A DNA stretch of 64,000 bases, taken from assembly GCA_963587345.1 (NCBI GenBank), contig CAVACW010000001.1, positions 38,645-102,644 of the forward strand, given 5' to 3'. This document shows positions 56,402 to 64,000 of this stretch, in pieces. The notes below the pieces were generated by a model, which saw only the letters and a list, made by a program, of their open reading frames with translations, was not told where the DNA came from and did not search any database. Numbering within the stretch: the first letter of the stretch is position 1; every line of letters starts with the position of its first letter. The translations under genes and the position numbers were made by a program. This DNA is from an uncultured Oscillospiraceae bacterium. Its GTDB lineage: Bacteria; Pseudomonadota; Gammaproteobacteria; Burkholderiales; Burkholderiaceae_F.

Positions 56402-56995
56402 CTATCGGAGGGTGAGATCTTTGGTGAGCTTCACGTCGTTCCAGTCACTTTCAAGCGCCCAGTCGGAGTTGCCACCGACGCTTACCTGCAGAGGCTTGGG
56501 AAGCTTCGTGAGGTCAAGGTGCATTCGTGTTTCGGCGGTGAAGGCATCGACATCGTCCACGGCATCAACGTCTGCGACGCGCCAGTCGCCAACATGCTTT
56601 AAAAGCGGAAGCACGTCATCAATCGTGTGGAAGGACTGAATGAGGCCGCCGCGGGAGAATCGCCAGCGGCGCGAAAGCGGGCTGTAGCCCACGCGCTGCA
56701 CAAGGCGGGAAGACGACACCGTTTTGTTTGCCCAGTACCATCGAGGACGCTCCAGCCGGAATTCGTACTCAAAATAAAGCGCGATGCCGCGCTTCATGCT
56801 GTCAATGAGCAACTCTGGAAGGTCAAACTCCCAGTCTGCCGTGAGGTAGAGGCCGGGAGTGATGTCTTGCGTGACGCGAGCAAGCTGCGCCTGCATGAGT
56901 TGCGCGTCGGTGCCTGCAGCGCGCGCCACAAAGCTCGTCGACAGGAACATCGGCGAGGCGAGGGCGCAAGCACACAGTTGACGGCGCGTGAGCAT
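56402..56995 (-). CDS. DUF4390 periplasmic protein
   Basis: RPRWYW, LDLTKLPKPLQV; usual position between rsmB and ntrY. Confidence 0.85.
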   Translation of the reverse strand: MLTRRQLCACALASPMFLSTSFVARAAGTDAQLMQAQLARVTQDITPGLYLTADWEFDLPELLIDSMKRGIALYFEYEFRLERPRWYWANKTVSSSRLVQRVGYSPLSRRWRFSRGGLIQSFHTIDDVLPLLKHVGDWRVADVDAVDDVDAFTAETRMHLDLTKLPKPLQVSVGGNSDWALESDWNDVKLTKDLTLR

Positions 56996-57000
56996 GGAAA

Positions 57001-58317
57001 TCAGGCGGCAGTTTTTGTTAAGAGAGCGTAGAAGAAGCCGTCATGGGGGCCGGCCACTCCGAATTCATCGGCGCCGCCCGTCGTCGGCAGAAGTCGCAGC
57101 CTGCTTTGCGTCAGCCCTGGAAGCGGTGTTTCTGCCGCATCACAATGGCGCTTCAAGAAGCTTTGAATCTGATTTTGACCTTCCTCATCGAAGATTGAGC
57201 ATACGACATAGAGAAGTCTTCCGCCAATTTTGAGGCAGGGCCAGAGTGCTTCCAGGAGCTTTTGTTGTTGTTTTGCCAGTTCTGTGATGTCTCGGGGCTC
57301 GCGAAAGAAAACGATGTCGGGGTGGCGGCGCACGATGCCGCTTGCGGTGCAGGGGGCGTCCAGCAAGATAGCGTCAAAGGGCTGGCCGTCCCACCAGGCG
57401 CCGGTTTCCGCTGCATCGGCACGAGCAACGCGGGCGGCAAGTTGCAGGCGAGTGAGATTTTCCTCAATGCGGGCGGCGCGAACGGGATCGATTTCAAGCG
57501 CCGTGACGTCGCAGTCCTCCACTTCCAGAAGGTGTGCTGTCTTGCCGCCAGGGGCGGCGCAGGCGTCCAAAATTCGCTCCCCCTTTTTCGGGGACAGAAA
57601 GTGTGCGGCGAGCTGGGCGCCGGCGTCCTGAACGCTGACGAGGCCTTCCTTGAAGCCGTGAAGCAACTCCACTGGCACGGGGTCAGCGACGAGAACGGCC
57701 TCGCGGCTGATGAGCGCGGCCTTTTGTCCAACTGCTTGCGCGGCGTTGCACCAGGCTTCGGGCGTTGTTTTGCGTTGGTTCACGCGCACCGTAAAGGGGG
57801 GCTTTGTGAGGTTGACGGTGAGAACGCGGTCAGCCGCTTCGCGGCCCAGCGTCTTGTCGAGCCGTTCGATCCACCAGCGAGGGGCGTTGAATTTCAGACA
57901 GGGATCGCGCATCAGGTCATTAAGGAGCGTTTCCTTGTCTCGTGTGAATCGGCGCAGGCAGGCGTTGAGAAAGCCGGCGGCGAATTCGGTTTCAGAAGCT
58001 GACTTGGCGGCAGCGATGGCTTCGTTTACGACGGCATAGGCCTTTTCCGGACGATCCAAGAGTTCGGAAAGTGCGCAGGCAAGAAGGTGCCGAACGGCAG
58101 GGGCGGGTGGCCGGTTGGCGAGCTTTTTAATGAGGCTTTCCGTGAGAAGGGCTCGGCGCATGGCGCTGTAGACGAGCGACTGCATGGCCGCCTTTTCTTC
58201 TCGGGAGGCGTCGGCTCCGGCGAGCGTGAGCGCCTTTTCCAGGGTGGCACCTTCTTCGATGAATTCCCGGGCCTTGGCGGCGAGCTTCAGGGACTCGCGC
58301 AACTTGACTCCGTTCAT
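57001..58317 (-). CDS. rsmB: 16S rRNA m5C967 methyltransferase
   Basis: VQDAGAQ, LDACAAPGGKT, LDAPCTASG.RRHPDI, HDGFFYA. Confidence 0.95.
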   Translation of the reverse strand: MNGVKLRESLKLAAKAREFIEEGATLEKALTLAGADASREEKAAMQSLVYSAMRRALLTESLIKKLANRPPAPAVRHLLACALSELLDRPEKAYAVVNEAIAAAKSASETEFAAGFLNACLRRFTRDKETLLNDLMRDPCLKFNAPRWWIERLDKTLGREAADRVLTVNLTKPPFTVRVNQRKTTPEAWCNAAQAVGQKAALISREAVLVADPVPVELLHGFKEGLVSVQDAGAQLAAHFLSPKKGERILDACAAPGGKTAHLLEVEDCDVTALEIDPVRAARIEENLTRLQLAARVARADAAETGAWWDGQPFDAILLDAPCTASGIVRRHPDIVFFREPRDITELAKQQQKLLEALWPCLKIGGRLLYVVCSIFDEEGQNQIQSFLKRHCDAAETPLPGLTQSRLRLLPTTGGADEFGVAGPHDGFFYALLTKTAA

Positions 58318-59270
58318 TTCAGCACCTCTCCGGCCTTGAGTTGAAGGCTCTGGGTGAAGGCTTGCGCTGTCATGGCCGGCTTGCCGGCGCGTTGCAACTT
58401 GGTGCAGGCGACGGCGCCCTGACCGCAGGCAACGACAACCGTGTCGCCGACGGCGAGAATTTCCCCTGGGGCGCCTGTGCCTTCTGTGGAGCGGGCAAAC
58501 CAGATTTTGACAGTTTCGTCCCCGCGCAGTGCGGTAGAGCCGGGGAAGGGAGAGAACGCGCGGATGCGGGCCGCGACGTCGCTAGCGTCGCGCGTCCAGT
58601 CGATGGGGCTTTCGCTTTTAAGAAGCTTTTTGGCGTAGGTGACGCCTTCGGCAGGCTGCGGGCGGTGCGTGAGGGTGTCAGGCGAGGTCAAAGCGTCAAC
58701 AATAAGCTGGGCGCCTACGGCTGTCAGGTCTTCCGTCAGCGTGGCGGCGTCATGGTCTTCCGTGATAGCGACGGGGTGAGAGAGGATGATGTCGCCTGTG
58801 TCAAGACCGATGTCCATTTTCATGAGGTCCACGCCAGTGGCGAGATCCCGGGCCTCAATCGCTCGGTTGATGGGCGCTGCGCCGCGCCATCGCGGCAGGA
58901 GAGACGCATGGATGTTGATGCTTTTGATGTCGCCGTCGCGGCCGATTCCACGGGCGGCGTTCAAGGCGCGCTCCGGCAGAATCAGACCGTAGGCGGCGAC
59001 GACGAAGACGTCGCTGTTGGAATCTTCAAGCGCCTTCAGGGCGGCTTCGCTCTCTGCGCCTCCCTTCTCTGTTCGAAGCGTCAGCGGCGTAAGGACAGGC
59101 AGTTCGTTTTCAAGCGCCACCGCTTTGACGGCGGAGGGCTTGAGCTTCATGCCGCGGCCGCTAGGCCGGTCTGGTTGCGTCAGTACAAGCGTGATGGTGT
59201 GGCCGGCCGCTATAAGTGCCTTGAGTGCGGCGGCGGCAAAATCCGGCGTTCCGGCAAAAGCAATGCGCAT
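58314..59270 (-). CDS. fmt: Methionyl-tRNA formyltransferase
   Basis: FAGTPDFA, TQPDRPSGRG, NIHASLLPRWRGAAPI; start ATG 59270. Confidence 0.97.
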   Translation of the reverse strand: MRIAFAGTPDFAAAALKALIAAGHTITLVLTQPDRPSGRGMKLKPSAVKAVALENELPVLTPLTLRTEKGGAESEAALKALEDSNSDVFVVAAYGLILPERALNAARGIGRDGDIKSINIHASLLPRWRGAAPINRAIEARDLATGVDLMKMDIGLDTGDIILSHPVAITEDHDAATLTEDLTAVGAQLIVDALTSPDTLTHRPQPAEGVTYAKKLLKSESPIDWTRDASDVAARIRAFSPFPGSTALRGDETVKIWFARSTEGTGAPGEILAVGDTVVVACGQGAVACTKLQRAGKPAMTAQAFTQSLQLKAGEVLK

Positions 59271-59409
59271 GAATGGAAGTCTCCGCGTCGGGAAGTCAGG
59301 GCCGGGCACAAGACGGCCCGGCAAGGTTTGGAAAGAAATTGTACCCGCAGCAGGTCGGCGCCCTGCGGGCCTTATCATGCGGTTGTTTGTGATTTCCCGA
59401 GTGATTGAA

Positions 59410-60303
59410 ATGAGTTCTTCCCGCGCGATGGATCTGGCCTGCCGAACTTACGGCGATCCGCACATGCCGCCTTTGGTGCTGCTGATGGGGCTGACTACGC
59501 CTGCGGCAGCATGGCCTGAGCCCTTCATCGCTTCTTTGGTGCAAAAGGGGCTGTACGTGGTGACGCCGGACAATCGCGACTGCGGCGCGAGTCCTGCATC
59601 GCAGGGGGACGTGACGCCTCGCGAGCTCTTTTTTTCCATTGTTCGCTATGTGCTGGGGGGCGCCGTGGCGGCGCCTTACACGCTGACGGACATGGCGGAC
59701 GACACGCTTCGGCTCATGGATCAGCTGGGGCTCGCAAAGGCGCATGTTGCAGGCGTTTCGCTGGGGGGCATGATCGCGCAATGCGTGGCGCTGAAGGCGC
59801 AGCATCGCACGCTGTCGCTTGCCTGCCTGTCCACGGCGTCGGGAAATCCCCGCACGGGGCTCGGGAAGTTTCGGGCGCTGAAGGCGATTCTCGCATCGCC
59901 TGACGCACGAATGGATCCGAAGGAGCATCTCAAGAAGGTGATGGAGACGATCGGAACGCCCGGTGAATCGTATGACGACGCCTTCGTTGAGAAAGTGCTT
60001 CGGGCGGCTTCAGCGAATCCAGATGCTGTAGCGGGCGGGAGACGTCAGGTGATGGCGCTTCTCGCTGAAGGCAACCGCAATGCGCGGCTGAGGCAGCTTT
60101 TTGTGCCGACGCTGGTTATTCACGGGCTGGCGGATCCGCTGCTGCCGCCGGCGGCCGGAAAGGAGCTTGCCTCTGTCATTCGTGGCGCTGAATTTCTGGG
60201 CATTCCCGGCATGGGGCATGACATTCCCCAAAAGCATTGGGAGACGATTGCAGGGGCCATGGCGCGACATTGTTATGACGCAGCACGGAAAACCCGCGCT
60301 TAG
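59410..60303 (+). CDS. Alpha/beta hydrolase
   Basis: LLMGL, DNRDCG, GVSLGG (Ser), HGLADP (Asp), GMGHD (His); start ATG 59410 or 59428. Confidence 0.88.
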   Translation: MSSSRAMDLACRTYGDPHMPPLVLLMGLTTPAAAWPEPFIASLVQKGLYVVTPDNRDCGASPASQGDVTPRELFFSIVRYVLGGAVAAPYTLTDMADDTLRLMDQLGLAKAHVAGVSLGGMIAQCVALKAQHRTLSLACLSTASGNPRTGLGKFRALKAILASPDARMDPKEHLKKVMETIGTPGESYDDAFVEKVLRAASANPDAVAGGRRQVMALLAEGNRNARLRQLFVPTLVIHGLADPLLPPAAGKELASVIRGAEFLGIPGMGHDIPQKHWETIAGAMARHCYDAARKTRA

Positions 60304-60310
60304 AAAATAG

Positions 60311-60340
60311 AAAATGCCCGCTGATTTTGCGGGCATTTTT
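60311..60340. terminator. Bidirectional intrinsic terminator
   Basis: AAAATGCCCGC-TGATTTT-GCGGGCATTTTT between the convergent hydrolase and def. Confidence 0.85.
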
Positions 60341-60357
60341 AGGTGGTGAGGAAAAAA

Positions 60358-60891
60358 TCAGACGCTGGCTTTTTCCTTGGCTTCCCGGGCCTTTTCCTTT
60401 CTGAGCTTGGCAAGCTTTGTGACGGCGCGGCCTTTTTTCAAGCGGCTCAAGTGATCAACGAACACGATGCCGTTCAAGTGATCCGTCTCATGCTGCACGC
60501 AAACGCTCAGAAGTTCATTGCAGTCGATTGAAATCGGCTTTCCATCGAGATCCTGCGCCGTGACTCGGACGCGGGCGGGGCGGGAGACTTTTTCGTAGAC
60601 GCCGGGCAGGGACAGGCAGCCTTCCTCGCACTCGACCTCTTCGGGGGAAAGAGGCTCCACCACCGGGTTGACGAGCGTCATGAGCTGATTTTTTTCTTCG
60701 CTGATGTCGATCACCACCATGCGGATCAGCTTGCCGATTTGTGGCGCAGCCAGACCGACGCCTGGCGCCTTGTACATGGTTTCCGCCATGTCGGCTGCCA
60801 GTTTTTTCAGGTCGTCGTTGAATTCGGTGACAGGCTCGGCCACGGCGGCAAGCCGCGGGTCGGGATACTGAACGATGCTCAGAAGGGCCAC
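60358..60891 (-). CDS. def: Peptide deformylase
   Basis: GVGLAAPQ, EGCLS, QHETDH; GTG start 60891 with GGAG RBS. Confidence 0.97.
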   Translation of the reverse strand: MALLSIVQYPDPRLAAVAEPVTEFNDDLKKLAADMAETMYKAPGVGLAAPQIGKLIRMVVIDISEEKNQLMTLVNPVVEPLSPEEVECEEGCLSLPGVYEKVSRPARVRVTAQDLDGKPISIDCNELLSVCVQHETDHLNGIVFVDHLSRLKKGRAVTKLAKLRKEKAREAKEKASV

Positions 60892-60972
60892 GAAAGAAAT
60901 CTCCAGAGATGAAACGGTGCTGTCCGTCAAAGAGCTGATAGGATACAGCAGAGAATGTGCGGAACGCCTTGT

Positions 60973-61902
60973 ATGTGCGCAGATCCAACCTTTAATGATA
61001 CCGCCCGCGGCATAGATCGATTGAGTGACGAGGAGCTTCTCGCCTGGCTCAGGATTGCCCGCGTCTATCGAGGGCGGGCGAAGGAGGCGCTGCGGCTTGT
61101 GGCGGCCTTCGGGCTGCCGGAGGCGATTTTTGAGGCCCCTCGATCTCGCGTAAAGGACAAGATCGGTCGCGAGGCGGCCATGGCGCTCTTTGATGGTGGT
61201 GTCGAAGAGGAGGCGCAGCGGGCGCTTCACTGGCTGCGCCGGACGGGGACGGCGGATGCGGTTTTTTTGACCGATTCCGATTACCCGAGGGAGCTCATTG
61301 AGTCTGGCACGGGGGACGTGCTCTTCTTCATTCGAGGCCGGCGCCAGACGCTTGCTCGACCGCGGGTGACGCTTCTCATCACGGCCAAGGCGGACGCGGA
61401 AGGTCGACGCAATCTTTCGGAATTTGCCGCGGCGCTCGCTCGGCGCGGCGTGGCTTGCGTCTTTTCCATGGAAAATGAAGCCGAGAAGGCGGGGGCGGCG
61501 GCCTTGGAAGTCGAAGGCGGTGCGGTCATTGTCTCCGCCTCCGGACCGGATCGAGTGCCCGCTGCCTGTCTAGACGTCTGGCGCCGGGCGGAGAAGAGCG
61601 GAATGATTCTTACGGGTGAATTTCCAGGAACTTCCGGCGCGGAGGCGGGACGTGAACCGAGGAACCATCTGCTGGCGGGATTGAGCCGAGGCATTCTGGT
61701 GATTGAAAGCGAGCGACGGGATCCTGTGCTTGAAGTCACGCGCCTTGCGGCGGAGTTGGGGCGCGACGTGGCGGCGGTCCCGGGCTCCATTCACTCTCGA
61801 ACCTACAAGGGTAATCACTTGCTCATTCGGCAGGGGGCAAAGCTCACGGAATGTCTGGAGGACATCGTGAAGGACTTTGGTCTTGAAGACGCCTTGGAAT
61901 GA
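60973..61902 (+). CDS. dprA: DNA-processing protein DprA/Smf, divergent
   Basis: DSDYP.EL, RNHLLAGLS, GRDVAAVPGSIHS..KG...LIRQGAKL; def-dprA-topoisomerase synteny; start uncertain. Confidence 0.82.
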   Translation: MCADPTFNDTARGIDRLSDEELLAWLRIARVYRGRAKEALRLVAAFGLPEAIFEAPRSRVKDKIGREAAMALFDGGVEEEAQRALHWLRRTGTADAVFLTDSDYPRELIESGTGDVLFFIRGRRQTLARPRVTLLITAKADAEGRRNLSEFAAALARRGVACVFSMENEAEKAGAAALEVEGGAVIVSASGPDRVPAACLDVWRRAEKSGMILTGEFPGTSGAEAGREPRNHLLAGLSRGILVIESERRDPVLEVTRLAAELGRDVAAVPGSIHSRTYKGNHLLIRQGAKLTECLEDIVKDFGLEDALE

Positions 61903-62025
61903 AAAAAAGCGACGGGTCGCCACTCAGTCGTCACGAAAAGACAGTATGCTAAAAAAAGACACCGCCGTTCGAGAGAAAGCCGGACGGTGAATTTTTTAGC
62001 GGCAGCGCTTCGGGCGCTGTTAAGT

Positions 62026-64000
62026 ATGAAGACACTCATCATTGCAGAAAAACCGTCGGTGGCGACGGACATTGCCCGCGTCATCGGCGGACTCAAGAAG
62101 AACGGCGACTATTACGAAGGCGACGATTACATCGTCGGCAATGCGCTGGGCCATTTGCTGGAGCTTGCCTGCCCCGAAAAGTATGAGGTGAAGCGCGGCA
62201 AGTGGACGTTTGCGCACCTGCCGGTGCTGCCGCCCACGTTTGACCTGAAGCCGATTTCGCGCACGGCGGACAAGCTGAAGAGTCTCTCAAAGCTCATCAA
62301 GCGTGAAGATGTTGGTGAAATTGTCAACGCATGTGATGCGGGACGAGAGGGGGAGCTGATCTTCCGCTACATCATGCAGGCGACGAAGGCGACGAAGCCG
62401 ATCAAGCGCCTGTGGCTGCAGTCGATGACGGCTTCTGCCATTCGCGAGGCGCTGGGGCATCTGCGCACGGATGAAGAGATGCAGTCTCTGGCAGCGGCGG
62501 CGAAGTCTCGTTCTGAAGCCGACTGGCTCGTCGGCATCAATGGCACCCGCGCCATGACGGCTTTCAATAGTCAGGGGGGCGGCTTCTTTCTCACGACCGT
62601 GGGCCGTGTGCAGACGCCGACGCTGGCGATTGTGGTGAAGCGTGAAAACGAAATTCGCGCCTTCCGTCCCAAGGACTACTGGGAGGTGAGTGCGACGTTT
62701 TCGATTCCCGGCGCGGAATACGACGGCCGCTGGTTTGATCCGGCCTTCAAGAAGGAGGCGAGTCGCCCTGAACTTCGGGCCGAGCGACTCTTTGACGAAA
62801 AAGCGGCGCAGGCGGTGGCCGATCGCTGCCGTGGAAAAACGGGAACGGTGGAGGAGACGAGCAAGCGCTCGACGCAGCTCTCTCCGCAGCTCTTTGACCT
62901 CACGAGCCTGCAGCGTGAGGCCAACAACAAATTCGGCTTCTCTGCGAAGACCACGCTTTCCATTGCGCAGAGCCTTTACGAAAAGCACAAGGTGCTCACC
63001 TATCCGAGAACGGATTCCCGTGCGCTGCCTGAGGACTACCCTGCTACCGTGCGTGAGACGCTGCAGCACGTTTCTCAGATGGCTTCCTTCAAGGCGCCGG
63101 CGGAAAAAATTCTTGAAAACAACTGGGTGAAGCCCAACAAGCGCATCTTCAACAACGCTGGCATCAGTGATCACTTTGCCATCATCCCGACGCTGACGAT
63201 GCCTGCTGGTACCATGTCGGAAGCCGAGCGCAAGGTTTATGACCTGGTGGTGCGCCGCTTCATGGCGGTGTTCTATCCGGCGGCGGAATACGACGTGACG
63301 ACGCGCATCACGACCGTTGGCGAAGACCACTTCAAGACGGAAGGCAAGGTGCTTGTCAATCCGGGCTGGCTGGAAATCTACGGCAAGACCGGCACGGGCG
63401 AAGGAACGCTCGCGGCGTTGGGCGGCGCCAAGACGGTAGCGGTTGAAGCCGTGGACGTGACGAAGGATGAAACGCGCCCTCCTGCCCGTTATACGGAAGC
63501 GACGTTGCTCTCAGCCATGGAAGGCGCCGGCAAGCTCGTTGAAGATGGCGAACTTCGTGACGCCATGGCCGAAAAGGGGCTGGGAACGCCGGCGACGCGC
63601 GCTGCCATCATTGAAAACCTCATTGACCAGACCTACATGGTGCGTGACGGCCGGGATCTTCGGCCGACCGCGAAGGCGCAGCAACTTTTCTCTCTTTTGA
63701 AGGGGCTGGGCATTTCAGCGCTTTCTGATCCGAAGCTCACCGGTGAATGGGAGTACAAGCTCGCCCAGATTGAGAAGGGCCGTCTCTCCCGCGATGACTT
63801 CATGCAGGAGATTCGCGGCATGACGACTGACATCGTCGAAGCCGCCAAGCGTTACGAAGGCGACACGGTGCCCGTGGAGCATCCGGCGCATCTTGAGCAC
63901 CGGTGCCCCAAGTGCGGCGGTGAAATTGTGGAGAACTATCGCGGCTTTGCGTGTACGACGAAGGGGTGCGACTTCCGGCTGCCCAAGCATCCGGCGGGTC
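62026..64000 (+). CDS. topB: Type IA DNA topoisomerase (Topo III type); runs off the window end
   Basis: Not in the ORF track; MKTLIIAEKPSVA, ACDAGREGELIF, VGRVQTPTL, LTYPRTD, GLGTPATRA, CPKC zinc ribbon. Confidence 0.93.
   Translation, partial: MKTLIIAEKPSVATDIARVIGGLKKNGDYYEGDDYIVGNALGHLLELACPEKYEVKRGKWTFAHLPVLPPTFDLKPISRTADKLKSLSKLIKREDVGEIVNACDAGREGELIFRYIMQATKATKPIKRLWLQSMTASAIREALGHLRTDEEMQSLAAAAKSRSEADWLVGINGTRAMTAFNSQGGGFFLTTVGRVQTPTLAIVVKRENEIRAFRPKDYWEVSATFSIPGAEYDGRWFDPAFKKEASRPELRAERLFDEKAAQAVADRCRGKTGTVEETSKRSTQLSPQLFDLTSLQREANNKFGFSAKTTLSIAQSLYEKHKVLTYPRTDSRALPEDYPATVRETLQHVSQMASFKAPAEKILENNWVKPNKRIFNNAGISDHFAIIPTLTMPAGTMSEAERKVYDLVVRRFMAVFYPAAEYDVTTRITTVGEDHFKTEGKVLVNPGWLEIYGKTGTGEGTLAALGGAKTVAVEAVDVTKDETRPPARYTEATLLSAMEGAGKLVEDGELRDAMAEKGLGTPATRAAIIENLIDQTYMVRDGRDLRPTAKAQQLFSLLKGLGISALSDPKLTGEWEYKLAQIEKGRLSRDDFMQEIRGMTTDIVEAAKRYEGDTVPVEHPAHLEHRCPKCGGEIVENYRGFACTTKGCDFRLPKHPAG

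Overview
Core-genome window spanning the chromosomal replication origin of a GC-rich betaproteobacterium. Sutterellaceae is my inference from gene content: menA, a divergent Crp/Fnr regulator, no recF between dnaN and gyrB, and topB next to def-dprA. Gene order: priA, hemE, yggU, usp, atpIBEFHAGDC, parAB, marC, rsmG, mnmG, a parS cluster, mnmE, yidC-yidD-rnpA-rpmH, dnaA-dnaN-gyrB, 5'-nucleotidase, DUF2721, a ~1 kb non-coding origin region, then envelope and metabolic genes (BON lipoprotein, menA, ybeD, dacA-like, coaX, SPOR, HIT, Fe-S/FAD oxidoreductase, M20 peptidase, rlpA), gatCAB, pyrE, xth, rsuA, ampG, a regulatory PTS, ntrYX-like, rsmB, fmt, def, dprA and topB. I saw no mobile elements, CRISPR arrays, tRNAs or rRNAs. 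The most striking signal is non-coding. The origin region (27.86-28.52 kb) holds two tandem oriC-like modules, each with an AT-rich tract, DnaA-trio-like repeats, tandem DnaA boxes, an IHF-like site and a box array. Their elements are in register at a 403-bp offset although the spacer sequences have diverged. Other notable points: a full-length DacA homolog lacking all three catalytic motifs, a motif-degenerate DprA, five parS sites (two inside longer palindromes), a satellite DnaA-box cluster upstream of priA, and a structured rpmH leader. All calls come from motif reading and recall, with no database searches.
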